DNA of 64,000 nucleotides from Candidatus Rokuibacteriota bacterium (GCA_044869815.1 JBIOXS010000023.1:5672-69671), one strand, 5' to 3'; shown: positions 49,684-58,546, counted from the first letter of the stretch. Program-made: numbers and translations. Notes: generated from the sequence alone by a model not told the origin.

Positions 49684-49700
49684 TTGGCTCGGAATCTGCT
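49684..49700 (+). promoter_or_regulatory. sigma54 promoter for the Cys-rich microprotein
   Basis: TTGGCTCGGAATCTGCT. Confidence 0.6.
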
Positions 49701-49767
49701 GCGCCCGTGACCGCCGACCGACGATGCCCGGCATCCAGGGACCCGGTGGCGGGAGGGGGTGGCTGAG

Positions 49768-49845
49768 ATGTTCAAGTGCGCGAAGTGCGGCAAGACCTCG
49801 CCGAAGTTCACGAACTGCTGTGGCACGCCGATGAAGAAGGGCTAG
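49768..49845 (+). CDS. 25-aa desulforedoxin-like metal-binding microprotein
   Basis: MFKCAKCGKTSPKFTNCCGTPMKKG. GGAGGGGG SD. Nearly all codons end in G/C. Confidence 0.8.
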   Translation: MFKCAKCGKTSPKFTNCCGTPMKKG

Positions 49846-49888
49846 GTTGCTCGTAGAGGAGCAGCCGGGGGCCAGTTCGGGGCCCCCA

Positions 49889-50764
49889 TCATATCGTCTG
49901 GAAGCGGAAGCCCTCGGCCGTGCGGATGATGTAGCCGGGGCGGGGGAAGTGCGCCGGCAGGATCAGCGTGCCGCTGTCGGCGTGGCGCTCCACGAACTCG
50001 CGCCGGGTCGCCGCCGCGCGGTCGCCGTCGTAGCAGAAGCGGCTCGACCACTGCGGCTCGGCCACCTGCACCACGCGATGCATCAGGTCTCCGGAAAAGA
50101 CGGCCTCACCCGCGTTCGTCGACAGCCGCACGCTGATGTGTCCCGGCGTGTGGCCGGTCGACGGCTCGAACCGGAGCCACGGGTCGATGCGATGCGTGTC
50201 GTCGACGAGCTCGGCCTGACCGCTGGCCACCACCGGCAGCACGCTGTCGTCGATGCAGCCGGAGTCCTCCGCGCCGCGCTCGCTCTCGTGCTTCCAGAAG
50301 GACCACTCCTCGCCGGCGAACACGTAGCGTGCCCTCGGAAACGTCGGCACCCAGCGGCCGTCGGCGAGCCGCGTGTTCCAGCCGACGTGATCGACGTGCA
50401 TGTGCGTGATGACGACGACGTCGACCTGCTCCGGCGTCACGCCGGCCGCCTCCAGGTCCTCGAGGAACGTGCCGCGGCGCAGGTTCCAGAGCGCGTTGTC
50501 GCGCTTCTTGTCGTTGCCGACGCCGGTATCGATGAGCACCAGGTGCGCGGGCGTGCGGACGACCCACGTGCCGATCCGCGACCCGAGGTCGCCGGTGGCA
50601 TCGTCCCAGAACGGCTTGAGCCAGTCGTGATGGCGAGCGATGGCCTCCGGGGTGGACGCCGGCAGCATCGACACCGTCGGGAACGTCGAGCGCCCGATCT
50701 CGACGACGCGGGCCACCGTCACCTCGCCGAGCCTCAGCGTCGTCGTCTGCGCGCCTGCCGTCAC
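49889..50764 (-). CDS. Metallo-beta-lactamase fold hydrolase
   Basis: LIDTG, THMHVDHVG, GHTPGH, FSGDLMH, PAHF. Confidence 0.93.
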   Translation of the reverse strand: MTAGAQTTTLRLGEVTVARVVEIGRSTFPTVSMLPASTPEAIARHHDWLKPFWDDATGDLGSRIGTWVVRTPAHLVLIDTGVGNDKKRDNALWNLRRGTFLEDLEAAGVTPEQVDVVVITHMHVDHVGWNTRLADGRWVPTFPRARYVFAGEEWSFWKHESERGAEDSGCIDDSVLPVVASGQAELVDDTHRIDPWLRFEPSTGHTPGHISVRLSTNAGEAVFSGDLMHRVVQVAEPQWSSRFCYDGDRAAATRREFVERHADSGTLILPAHFPRPGYIIRTAEGFRFQTI

Positions 50765-51795
50765 GGCCGCGGAAGCAGCTTCAGCAGCGGCTCGAGATGT
50801 TTGGCATCCGGCGTCAGCCGCCCGACGCCGTGCGCGTGCACGGCCGCCACGATCGCCTCGTTGAACGGCGTCGGCACGCCGACCTTCCGGCCCTGCGCCA
50901 CCACGTAGCCGTTCAGGACGTCGATCTCGGTGCGCCGGCGCTTCATCACGTCTTGCAAGAACGACGGTCGGCCGCCGGTGCGCCGCTTGGCTTCCGCCGC
51001 CAGGTCGGCTTCGACCTCGGCGAGACCGCGGCCCTCGGCGGCGTCGACGATCCGCTGCGCGGCGATGCCGATGAGCGGCTCGATCTCGTGGCCGAGCGCG
51101 CGACCGACGCGCACCGCCTCGGCGCCAAGCTGGATGGCGATCCGCCGCGGTCCGGGCTCGAGCCGGATCTCGGCCGAGCCGAGGCCGCTCAGCCCGGCCA
51201 GCGCATTGCCCATGCAGTTGACGGCGAGCTTCGACCAGCGCTCGCCCCACAGATTGGTGGTGACGTGCGTCGGCGCCACGGCGCTCAGGAGCTTGGCGAG
51301 CGCCTGCGCGCGCGCCGTGTCGCGACCGTCGAGCTCGCCGATCTTGAAGCCCACGCTCGTGGTGTCCGTCCGGATCGCGTGCCCCGGCTCGTACATGCCG
51401 GCGCTGATCACGATGACGCAGCCGAGCGTCCGCGACCGGCCGACGACCGCCGCCACGCGCTCGTCGTTGAGGCCATTCTGAAAATCGACGACCACGCCGT
51501 CAGGATGTCGGAGATAGGCCGCCGCCAGCTGGGCCGCCCAATCCGTGTCGTAGCCTTTGACGGCGAGGAAGATCGCGTCGAATGGCTCGCCGATCGACTG
51601 CAGCTCGTGCAGGTGCAGCGCGCGCACCGGGATCACGTGCTCGCCGCAGGTACCCGACAGGCGCAGGCCGTCCCGCTTCATCGCCTCGACGTGCTCGGGC
51701 CACTGGTCGAGGAGGGTGACGTCGACGCCCGCCTTCGTCAGCATGCCGCCGACGACGGAGCCGATAGCGCCTGCGCCGAGGATCGCGATGCGCAT
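50761..51795 (-). CDS. Ketopantoate reductase (ApbA/PanE) family
   Basis: IAILGAGAIG, AVKGYD, FQNG, WSKLAVN, SFLQD..RRTEID.LNG. Confidence 0.92.
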   Translation of the reverse strand: MRIAILGAGAIGSVVGGMLTKAGVDVTLLDQWPEHVEAMKRDGLRLSGTCGEHVIPVRALHLHELQSIGEPFDAIFLAVKGYDTDWAAQLAAAYLRHPDGVVVDFQNGLNDERVAAVVGRSRTLGCVIVISAGMYEPGHAIRTDTTSVGFKIGELDGRDTARAQALAKLLSAVAPTHVTTNLWGERWSKLAVNCMGNALAGLSGLGSAEIRLEPGPRRIAIQLGAEAVRVGRALGHEIEPLIGIAAQRIVDAAEGRGLAEVEADLAAEAKRRTGGRPSFLQDVMKRRRTEIDVLNGYVVAQGRKVGVPTPFNEAIVAAVHAHGVGRLTPDAKHLEPLLKLLPRP

Positions 51796-51905
51796 GCCGA
51801 TGTCCCCCTCGAGGCGGGAGTCTATCACCTCCCCCCGTTACGGCCGGTCGCCCCACCCGCTGGGCAGCAGTGACCCGGCGCAAGCAATCGTAGTGGCCTT
51901 TCCGG

Positions 51906-51933
51906 ACACACACGCATATACACACACGCATAT
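51906..51933. repeat. Perfect 14-bp tandem repeat (ACACACACGCATAT x2)
   Basis: Directly visible in an AT-richer intergenic region. Confidence 0.9.
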
Positions 51934-51968
51934 ATAGTGGACGCGCTGCGGCGGCTGGACGGCGTCGG

Positions 51969-52382
51969 TTACGCGGAGCGCCGGCGCCGCCGGCGCGAGG
52001 TCGCGGACTCGGGCGTCGCCTCCGGGTTCGCCTCCGGCTCGAGCAACCGCTTGGCCAGATAGTACTTCTTCGGATGACGCCGCTCGACCCGCCCGCGAGC
52101 GCGATCGCGCTCGATCTGCCGCTCCAGCGCGGCGAAGGCCTGCTCGAATGCCAGGCGGGCGTCGGCGGCGACGGTATCGGCGTGGAGCTCCGGGCGGTGC
52201 GGTACGTCGATCGTCAGCGAGCAACGGATGTCGACCCCGCCCTTCGCGCCGTTCTCGTCGCTGAACTGGACGCGCACGCCGGTGGCGACCACCTGGAGCC
52301 GGGCCAGCGTGTTCGTGACCTTGCCGGAGATCAACGTGCGAAGCGCGCGGTCGTCGCCGAGGCCTTCGATCACCACAGACAT
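51969..52382 (-). CDS. Ribosome hibernation factor (HPF/RaiA)-like protein
   Basis: V.FSDENGAKGGVDIRC motif and AF..LERQI. GGAGGAG SD. Confidence 0.78.
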   Translation of the reverse strand: MSVVIEGLGDDRALRTLISGKVTNTLARLQVVATGVRVQFSDENGAKGGVDIRCSLTIDVPHRPELHADTVAADARLAFEQAFAALERQIERDRARGRVERRHPKKYYLAKRLLEPEANPEATPESATSRRRRRRSA

Positions 52383-52423
52383 AGTTCGTCTCCTCCCCAG
52401 CAATGTACATGCCGTGGAGGCCC

Positions 52424-52440
52424 GTGGCACCTCTGTTGCT
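52424..52440 (+). promoter_or_regulatory. sigma54 promoter
   Basis: GTGGCACCTCTGTTGCT. Confidence 0.7.
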
Positions 52441-52471
52441 GTCATGACGCGACGAGGGGGTGATGCACGTG

Positions 52472-52900
52472 ATGACATTCGGAATAGCGTGGGCTCAGAC
52501 GCCGACACCGCCCGTCTCGCCGGCGGCTCCTGGCGCAGGGACGACGGCGCAGGGCGGAGGCATGGCCGCCGCCGGTTTCCTGGTCGTCATCGGCCTTCTC
52601 GTCCTGGTCGGGATTGCGGTCAAGCTGTATGACCGCAAGCGCAGGCGCGATGCGGAGGCCGTCCACCTGCAGGCGCAGGTCTCCGATGCCCTGATGCGGG
52701 ACGCGGGTCTGGCCGGGCTCCTGCTCACCCCGACCGCGTATCTGCGCCGCGGCGAGGCGATCGTGGAGATTTCCGGCGAGGTGCCGAGCGATGGCGCGCG
52801 CGACGCGGCGTTGCGGATCGCGCGAGACGAAGCGGCGCGCATTCGTCCTGACGTACGGATCGAGGACAGGGTGAGCGTGCGCGCGGCGCGGGCGGCTTAA
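52472..52900 (+). CDS. Membrane-anchored BON-like domain protein
   Basis: One TM, then VSDALMRD..L and VEISGEVPS..ARDAA. Start approximate. Confidence 0.7.
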   Translation: MTFGIAWAQTPTPPVSPAAPGAGTTAQGGGMAAAGFLVVIGLLVLVGIAVKLYDRKRRRDAEAVHLQAQVSDALMRDAGLAGLLLTPTAYLRRGEAIVEISGEVPSDGARDAALRIARDEAARIRPDVRIEDRVSVRAARAA

Positions 52901-53403
52901 GGCCGCCCCGCCAGCGCTCGCTCCAGCTGCGCCAGGTGGTTCTCGTCGTGCCACGCCATCACGGTCAGGACATCGTCGACCGTGCGGCGGCCCCGCGAGT
53001 CCACCTGGTGCCCTGCGCGCTCCCAGGCGGCTGACGGCAGGCCGCCCAGGAGCGAGAGCGTCTCCGTGCGCCTCGCCGCGAAGGCCGCGGCGGCGGCGCG
53101 CGCATCGTGGCGCAGGTACTGTCGCTCGCTCGCCCACCGGCCCGGATGGGTCGTCGGAAATCGAGGCTCGTCGGCGGCGAGGATGAGCGCCAGCCGCTCG
53201 TGAAACGACTCCTCCAGGTCTCGCAGATGGCAGACGACCTCGACGGCCGCCCACGCCTCGGGCGCCGGCCGCCGCGCGAGGGTCTCGGCGTCGACCGCGC
53301 GAACCATCGCCGCGAGCTCGGCCGGCGTCGCCGACAGTCGCGCCATGCGCGCCGCGCGCGGCCGCCGGCTCCACGCGATAATGCGCGAAGTTACGTCGTC
53401 CAT
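52897..53403 (-). CDS. DinB family protein
   Basis: WAAVEVVCHLRD and WHDENHLAQ metal-binding histidines. Confidence 0.9.
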   Translation of the reverse strand: MDDVTSRIIAWSRRPRAARMARLSATPAELAAMVRAVDAETLARRPAPEAWAAVEVVCHLRDLEESFHERLALILAADEPRFPTTHPGRWASERQYLRHDARAAAAAFAARRTETLSLLGGLPSAAWERAGHQVDSRGRRTVDDVLTVMAWHDENHLAQLERALAGRP

Positions 53404-53424
53404 CGTGCCTCGCCTGAGAAAGAA

Positions 53425-53441
53425 GTGGCATCGCGCGTGCA
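53425..53441 (+). promoter_or_regulatory. sigma54 promoter
   Basis: GTGGCATCGCGCGTGCA. Confidence 0.6.
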
Positions 53442-53467
53442 CCCGCTCACCGGCCCTGGAGGTATGT

Positions 53468-53788
53468 ATGAGCTGGAAGCTTGCGCTCGTATGCGTGGTC
53501 GCGCTCACCGCCGTCGTCGCCGGCTGCGCCACCACGTCAGATCCATACTATCCCTCGGCCTCGACGCATCCCTCTGCGTCGCCGCATGCCCTCGGCCCGG
53601 TGAGAACGGACGCTCCGCAGATCGACAACGCCGACGCGGCCGGCCCCGCCAGCGTCCCCGGGACCCACACGGGAGCGGCGCCAGCGGTGATCGTGCCGGC
53701 GCCGCCTGCGGCATCACCGGTGATCATCGTACCGCCCGCTGAGCCGGCGCCGCCGACCGTCGTCGTACCGGCCCCGCAGCCTCGCTGA
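53468..53788 (+). CDS. Pro-rich small lipoprotein
   Basis: Lipobox VAGC, GGAGGT SD, three VIVP-like repeats. Confidence 0.75.
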   Translation: MSWKLALVCVVALTAVVAGCATTSDPYYPSASTHPSASPHALGPVRTDAPQIDNADAAGPASVPGTHTGAAPAVIVPAPPAASPVIIVPPAEPAPPTVVVPAPQPR

Positions 53789-53882
53789 GATCCGTCCCAC
53801 CGGCCGGGCTCGCCGCCCGGCCGGTGGTCCATCCGGTCCTCGTCGGGTAGGATGAGGAGCCACTTCGACCCGGGAGGCCCGG

Positions 53883-54440
53883 ATGCCGGAATCGATTCCC
53901 GCCCCGCTGATCATCGACACCGTCAAGGACACGTTCAAGGAGGCGCGCGCCGCGCTCGCGCGCGAAGGCGTGCGACCGCGCCACGATCATCTCGGCTGGA
54001 TCCTCAGCGTGCCCGATACGCACCAGAAGAGCGTCCTGGCCGCGCTCGACAAGGAGCGCGCGCTCCGCGTGCTGACGTGCTCGACGGAGGACGAGGCGAA
54101 CGCCATCGCGGCCGGGCTCTGGATCGGCGGCGAGCCGGTGATCGTCATGATCCAGCACGCCGGGCTGTACGCCTCGATCAACACGCTGCGCGGCGTGGCC
54201 ATGGACGGACGCGTGCCGGTGTTCTACATGATCGGTCTGCTGAGCCGGGAGAAGGACAAGGACCCGCGGGAATCCCGGCATTCGATGGTGCGCTACTGCG
54301 AGCCACTGCTCGACCTCTTCGCCGTGCCGCACGCGCGCCTGGAAGGTCCCAACGACGTGCACCGCATTCCGGAGTACTACCGGCTGAGCCGCGAGCGACG
54401 CGGACCGGCGGCGGTGCTGGTCGGATTGGAGACGAGCTGA
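53883..54440 (+). CDS. ThDP decarboxylase alpha subunit (ComD/phosphonopyruvate decarboxylase-like)
   Basis: SVPD, TEDEANAIAAGLWIGG, MIQHAGL..SIN. Confidence 0.85.
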   Translation: MPESIPAPLIIDTVKDTFKEARAALAREGVRPRHDHLGWILSVPDTHQKSVLAALDKERALRVLTCSTEDEANAIAAGLWIGGEPVIVMIQHAGLYASINTLRGVAMDGRVPVFYMIGLLSREKDKDPRESRHSMVRYCEPLLDLFAVPHARLEGPNDVHRIPEYYRLSRERRGPAAVLVGLETS

Positions 54441-55024
54441 TGGCGATGAAGCCCGAGGAAGTCCTGCGGCTCATCGCCGCCGAGCGCGGCGATGCGATCT
54501 GCGTGCCGACGATGACCACGGCCCCCGCCTGGCGGAGCATCGCTCCCGACGATCTCTCCGTCGGCTGCGTCGGCTTCATGGGCGGCGCCTCCTCGATCGG
54601 CCTCGGCCTCGCGCTGGCCCATCCCGAGCGGCGCGTGCTCGTCTTCGACGGCGACGGCTCGCTGTTGATGCAGCTGGGGGCGCTCGCCACGAACGCCGGC
54701 GCCGGCGCCGCCAACTTCGTCCACTTCCTGTTCAGGAACAACGTCTATCACACGTCGGGCGCCCAGGAGATTCCCGGCGGCGACGGCGTGGACTTCGTGA
54801 TGATGGCGAAGGGCGCGGGCTACCGCGAGGCCTTCGCGATCCACGAGCTTTCCGATCTCGAGCGCCGCCTGCCGCACATCCTCACCGCCCATGGCCCGCT
54901 CTTCGTCGAGCTCCACACCACGCTCGCCGACACGACGCCGATGACAGCGGGCATGGGAGTGCCGTTCGCCAGGCAGGTCGAGACGCTGCGCGACCGCCTC
55001 CTCGCTCTCAACGCCGCCCGCTGA
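54440..55024 (+). CDS. ThDP decarboxylase beta subunit (ComE-like)
   Basis: MGGASSIGLGLALA, DGDGSLLMQLG, NNVYHTSG.Q. Confidence 0.88.
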   Translation: MAMKPEEVLRLIAAERGDAICVPTMTTAPAWRSIAPDDLSVGCVGFMGGASSIGLGLALAHPERRVLVFDGDGSLLMQLGALATNAGAGAANFVHFLFRNNVYHTSGAQEIPGGDGVDFVMMAKGAGYREAFAIHELSDLERRLPHILTAHGPLFVELHTTLADTTPMTAGMGVPFARQVETLRDRLLALNAAR

Positions 55025-55059
55025 CCGCGCCGCCGCGCGCGCGGGCCTCGCCGCCGCCG

Positions 55060-55782
55060 TCAGCCGCGGATGTCGGCGGAGGTGATGCGGCGGACGCCGG
55101 CGCTGGTCATGTCGGTCCAGGCTTTGCCGAGAGAGCCGCCGGCGTCGATGCCGCGCGTGGCGTCCTCGATCACCAGCGCGTCGAAGCCCGAGCGGCGCGC
55201 GTCGAGCGCCGACCACGCGACGCAGAAGTCGGTGGCGAGGCCGACGAGGAACACGCGCTTGAAGCCGCGCTCCTGGAGATATCCGGTGAGTCCGGTCTTC
55301 GTCTTGCGATCCGCCTCGAGAAACGCCGAGTACGAGTCGACGTGCTGACGATAGCCCTTGCGAATGATCAGCTCGGCGTGCGGGATCTTCAGCTCCTTGT
55401 GGACCTCGGCGTCGGGGGTGCCCTGGATGCAGTGATCGGGCCACAGGACCTGCGGGCCGTAGGGCAGCGTCACCGTGTCGAACGGCTTCTTGCCGGGGTG
55501 GCTGGAGGCGAAGGAGATGTGGCCCGGCGTGTGCCAGTCCTGCGTGATGACGACGTGGCGAAAGGCCGGCGCCAGGCGATTGATGATGGGGATGATCTTG
55601 TCGCCCTCCGGCACCGGCAGGGTGCCGCCCGGCAGAAAGCAGTTCTGCACGTCGATGACGGCCAGCACGTCGTCGTCAGCGAGCGCGACGCGCGTTTGCG
55701 CGCGGACGACGGCGGGGAAGGCGGCCAGCGCGACGGCGCCGGCGAGGAGCGTGAACATGTCGCGGCGATACAGGATGCTCAT
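55060..55782 (-). CDS. pncA: Nicotinamidase/pyrazinamidase with Tat-like signal peptide
   Basis: IDVQNCF, QDWH..H.SF, LWPDHC, KG...DSYSAF, GLATDFCV. N-terminus YRRDMF...AVVRA. Confidence 0.92.
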   Translation of the reverse strand: MSILYRRDMFTLLAGAVALAAFPAVVRAQTRVALADDDVLAVIDVQNCFLPGGTLPVPEGDKIIPIINRLAPAFRHVVITQDWHTPGHISFASSHPGKKPFDTVTLPYGPQVLWPDHCIQGTPDAEVHKELKIPHAELIIRKGYRQHVDSYSAFLEADRKTKTGLTGYLQERGFKRVFLVGLATDFCVAWSALDARRSGFDALVIEDATRGIDAGGSLGKAWTDMTSAGVRRITSADIRG

Positions 55783-55889
55783 GGCGGCCTCCTGGCGAGT
55801 GGTCTGCGGGTACGCTAGCGCCGACGCGGCCCCGAGACAAGCGGGCCCGTCCCTTGACAAGTCATTTTCCGCGGATAAAGTTTCTCCGT

Positions 55890-56399
55890 ATGGCCCGGCC
55901 CGCGACGCGCGAGCGGACGGAGCGGTTCGTGGCGCGCTGCCGGTCGGCCGCGCTCGCCGTCACCCCGCAGCGCCTGGCCATCTTTCGTGAGCTCGCGGCC
56001 ACCGATCGGCATCCCAGCGCCGAGGAGCTCCACGCCGCCGTGCGCCGCGAGATGCCGACGCTCTCGCTGGCCACCGTCTACAAGACGCTCGATACGCTGG
56101 CCGGCATCGGCGCCGTGCGTCCCGTCTCCCGGCTCGGCGCGCGCGGCCGCTGGGATGCCAACCTCGGGCCGCATCACCACCTCATCTGCACCGATTGCGG
56201 CGCCGTCAGCGACGTGACGGAACCGGCGCTGGACGCCGCCGCCCGACCGGCGCGACGCGTGGCCGCCCGCCACGGCTTCGCCGCCGCCGGACACGCGGTC
56301 GAGATCTTTGGTCGATGCGCGGCCTGTCGCCGCGCGCGACCCTCGTCGCGACGCCACCTCAAGGACCCAGAAGGGAGAGCCAGATGGCCGAAACGATGA
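55890..56399 (+). CDS. perR: Fur/PerR family regulator
   Basis: TPQRLAI, HPSAEE, SLATVYKTL, HHHLICTDCG, GRCAAC. TTGACA..TAAAGT promoter. Directly upstream of the peroxiredoxin. Confidence 0.85.
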   Translation: MARPATRERTERFVARCRSAALAVTPQRLAIFRELAATDRHPSAEELHAAVRREMPTLSLATVYKTLDTLAGIGAVRPVSRLGARGRWDANLGPHHHLICTDCGAVSDVTEPALDAAARPARRVAARHGFAAAGHAVEIFGRCAACRRARPSSRRHLKDPEGRARWPKR

Positions 56400-57010
56400 C
56401 CGCCGGGCTCAGGCTCGGGCAGCGGGTGCCCGACTTCGAGCTCATCACCTACGAGCCCACCAAGGGCGACTTCGGGAAGTTCAGCCTGAAGGATCAGATC
56501 GCCAACAAGCGCTGGACGATCCTGTTCTTCTACCCGGCCGACTTCACCTTCGTCTGAGCGACCGAATTCGCTGCTCTGGCAGAGCAGCACGATCGCTTCC
56601 AGAAGATGGGCGCCGACATCGTCACCGTCAGCACCGACACGCAGTTCACGCACCTGGCGTGGCAGCGCAGCGAGAAGGAGCTGAACAACGTGCGGTACTC
56701 GATGGGCGCCGACCCCACCGGCACCGTCTCGCGCATGTTCGGCGTCTACAACGAGGACAACGGTCTCGATCTGCGCGGCACCTTCCTCATCAGCCCGGAA
56801 GGCAAGCTGATGGGGATGGAGATGAACTTCTACAACCTCGGCCGGAACATCGACGAGCTGATGCGGAAGTTCAAGGCCAACATCTACATGATGAAGAAGG
56901 GCGGCAACGAAGTCTGCCCGTCCAAGTGGAAGGACGAGGGCGACAAGACGCTCGTCAATCCGGGCGCCAAGATGGTCGGCCGGGTTCACGAGGCGCTGCA
57001 AGGCTCCTGA
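56384..57010 (+). CDS. prxU: Selenocysteine-containing peroxiredoxin (UGA at 56555-56557)
   Basis: FFYPADFTFV-U-ATE occupies the peroxidatic Cys position of AhpC (FTFVCPTE). The frame continues through VSTD, RGTF, GRNIDE and EVCP. Hairpin follows the UGA. Confidence 0.93.
56558..56596 (+). promoter_or_regulatory. SECIS hairpin of prxU
   Basis: GCTGCTCT-GGC-AGAGCAGC perfect stem (56570-56588) plus basal GCGA/TCGC. Confidence 0.8.
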
Positions 57011-57053
57011 TTGCCGTTTGACTGCTCACGCGGGCTGGCCTAGGCTCGCCCGC

Positions 57054-57536
57054 GTGGGCTACGTCGAGCGTCACCTCCTGCCCCGCGAGCGCCTGCTCTA
57101 CACGACGCGCCTGCACTGGGGACTCTTCGCCAAGCCGGTGCTGGCCATGGTCGCCGGCGTCGTGCTCACGTGGCTCCTCTACGCGGGCGTGCCGGACCCG
57201 CCGTGGCTGTGGCAGGTCGGCGTCCTCCTCGCCGCCTCCGGAGTGCTCTGGCTGACCCTCCGCTGGATCGAGTGGGAAACGTCCGAGTTCGCCGTGACGT
57301 CCGTGCGCTTGATCTTCAAGGTCGGCCTGGTCGCCCGCTACACGACGGAGCTCCTGCTCTCGAAGGTCGAATCGATCTCGGTCACGCAGGGGCCGATCGG
57401 ACGCATCCTCAACTACGGTGATCTCACGGTGACCGGGACCGGCGCCGTGCGCGAGGTGTTTCCCCGCGTTCACGACCCCGTCGGCTTCCGCAACGCCGTC
57501 CAGCACGCATCCGCCCGCCCCGCCGCCGTCGAGTGA
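57054..57536 (+). CDS. Bacterial PH-domain membrane protein
   Basis: Two TMs, EFAVTS.RLI.K.G, KVES..V.Q..GRILNYG. Confidence 0.88.
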   Translation: MGYVERHLLPRERLLYTTRLHWGLFAKPVLAMVAGVVLTWLLYAGVPDPPWLWQVGVLLAASGVLWLTLRWIEWETSEFAVTSVRLIFKVGLVARYTTELLLSKVESISVTQGPIGRILNYGDLTVTGTGAVREVFPRVHDPVGFRNAVQHASARPAAVE

Positions 57537-58226
57537 AGTTCGACCTCGCCATCCTCGCCAACGAGCCGCTGCCGGTGGTCGTGCGCACCGCAGCACATGC
57601 CGCGAGCGTCACCCACAGCTCGCGGCAGACGAGATGGGTGTCGGTGATCCAGGCGGTGTCGTAGCCGAGGCGGCCGGCTCGCGTGGCTCGATTCGGCGCC
57701 GGTCATTCCGCTCTACCTGGCCGGCTCGGGACCGCGGATGCTGGAGACCGCCGGCCGTCTCGGCGACGGCGCGATCGTGTACGCGACCGTGCAGCCGGAC
57801 GTGCTCGCTCCCGCCCTCGCGCGCGTCGCCGCCGGTGCCGCGGCAGGCGGGCGCGACCTGTCCGATCTCGACGTGGCGCTGTGGGCGCCGATGTCGGTCG
57901 GCCGCGACGGCACCCTCGCCCGCGACCACGCGCGCGGCCGCGTCGCCTCCGCCTGCCGTCATCCGCTGCCCGTGCGCCTATCCCACGAGGACGAAGCGGC
58001 GATCCGCCGCGTCCGCGAGGCGTACGACGCCTACCAGCACGCGACGGCGGGCTCGCGTCACCGCACGCTGGTGCCCGATCGGCTGGTCGACCTCATGGCG
58101 CTGGCCGGGACGCCCCAGGAGGTGCGTGAGCAGGTCGAGCGGCTGGGGACGGTGCGAGGTGATGGCGCGCCTTGCCGGAGTCGGTGGCACACCACTTGGA
58201 AGCAGCGTGGACCATGCGACGGGTGA
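57533..58226 (+). pseudogene. LLM-class flavin/F420-dependent oxidoreductase, disrupted by inversion, deletion and 3' truncation
   Basis: Plus strand VKFDLAILANEP..., minus strand LGYDTAWITDTHLVCRELWVTLAACA at about 57589-57673, then plus strand IPLYLAGSGPRMLETAGRLGDG and LAGTPQEVREQV. Confidence 0.85.
58184..58200 (+). promoter_or_regulatory. sigma54-like promoter
   Basis: GTGGCACACCACTTGGA, with a variant -12 element. Confidence 0.45.
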
Positions 58227-58543
58227 TGATGATCGCCGCGCTGGCGACGGTGATGTCGGGGTGCGCGACGTATGCGTGGTACCGGGCCGACACGCCGCCC
58301 GATGTGGCCGCGCGGGACCGGGCCGAGTGCTCGGACGTCGCGCGCGGCTCCGCGCGCGACGTGCCGTTCAGCGCGTTTCCCCGGCTCTACGGGCCGGCAC
58401 GGCCGTGGCCGGCGCTCGGATGGAGCGATCCGTACTGGGGCCCGGCGGGCGACCCGCTGTGGCGGATGGACGTCGAGCAGCGGCTGGAGGATCAGTGCAT
58501 GCGCGGCCGCGGCTACGACCTGCAGCGTACGCCGAAAGCGTAG
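58214..58543 (+). CDS. Small lipoprotein with a Cys pair
   Basis: Lipobox MSGC, D.AEC and CMRGRGY motifs. Confidence 0.8.
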   Translation: MRRVMMIAALATVMSGCATYAWYRADTPPDVAARDRAECSDVARGSARDVPFSAFPRLYGPARPWPALGWSDPYWGPAGDPLWRMDVEQRLEDQCMRGRGYDLQRTPKA

Positions 58544-58546
58544 CCC

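Noticed and set aside
51882-51900. Possible minus-strand sigma54 promoter AAGGCCACTACGATTGCTT
   Set aside because: GG-to-GC spacing is one base too long.
56384-57010. Peroxiredoxin as a nonsense pseudogene, or genome-wide UGA recoding
   Set aside because: The UGA is at the catalytic Cys position with a SECIS hairpin, and many other genes here end normally at TGA.
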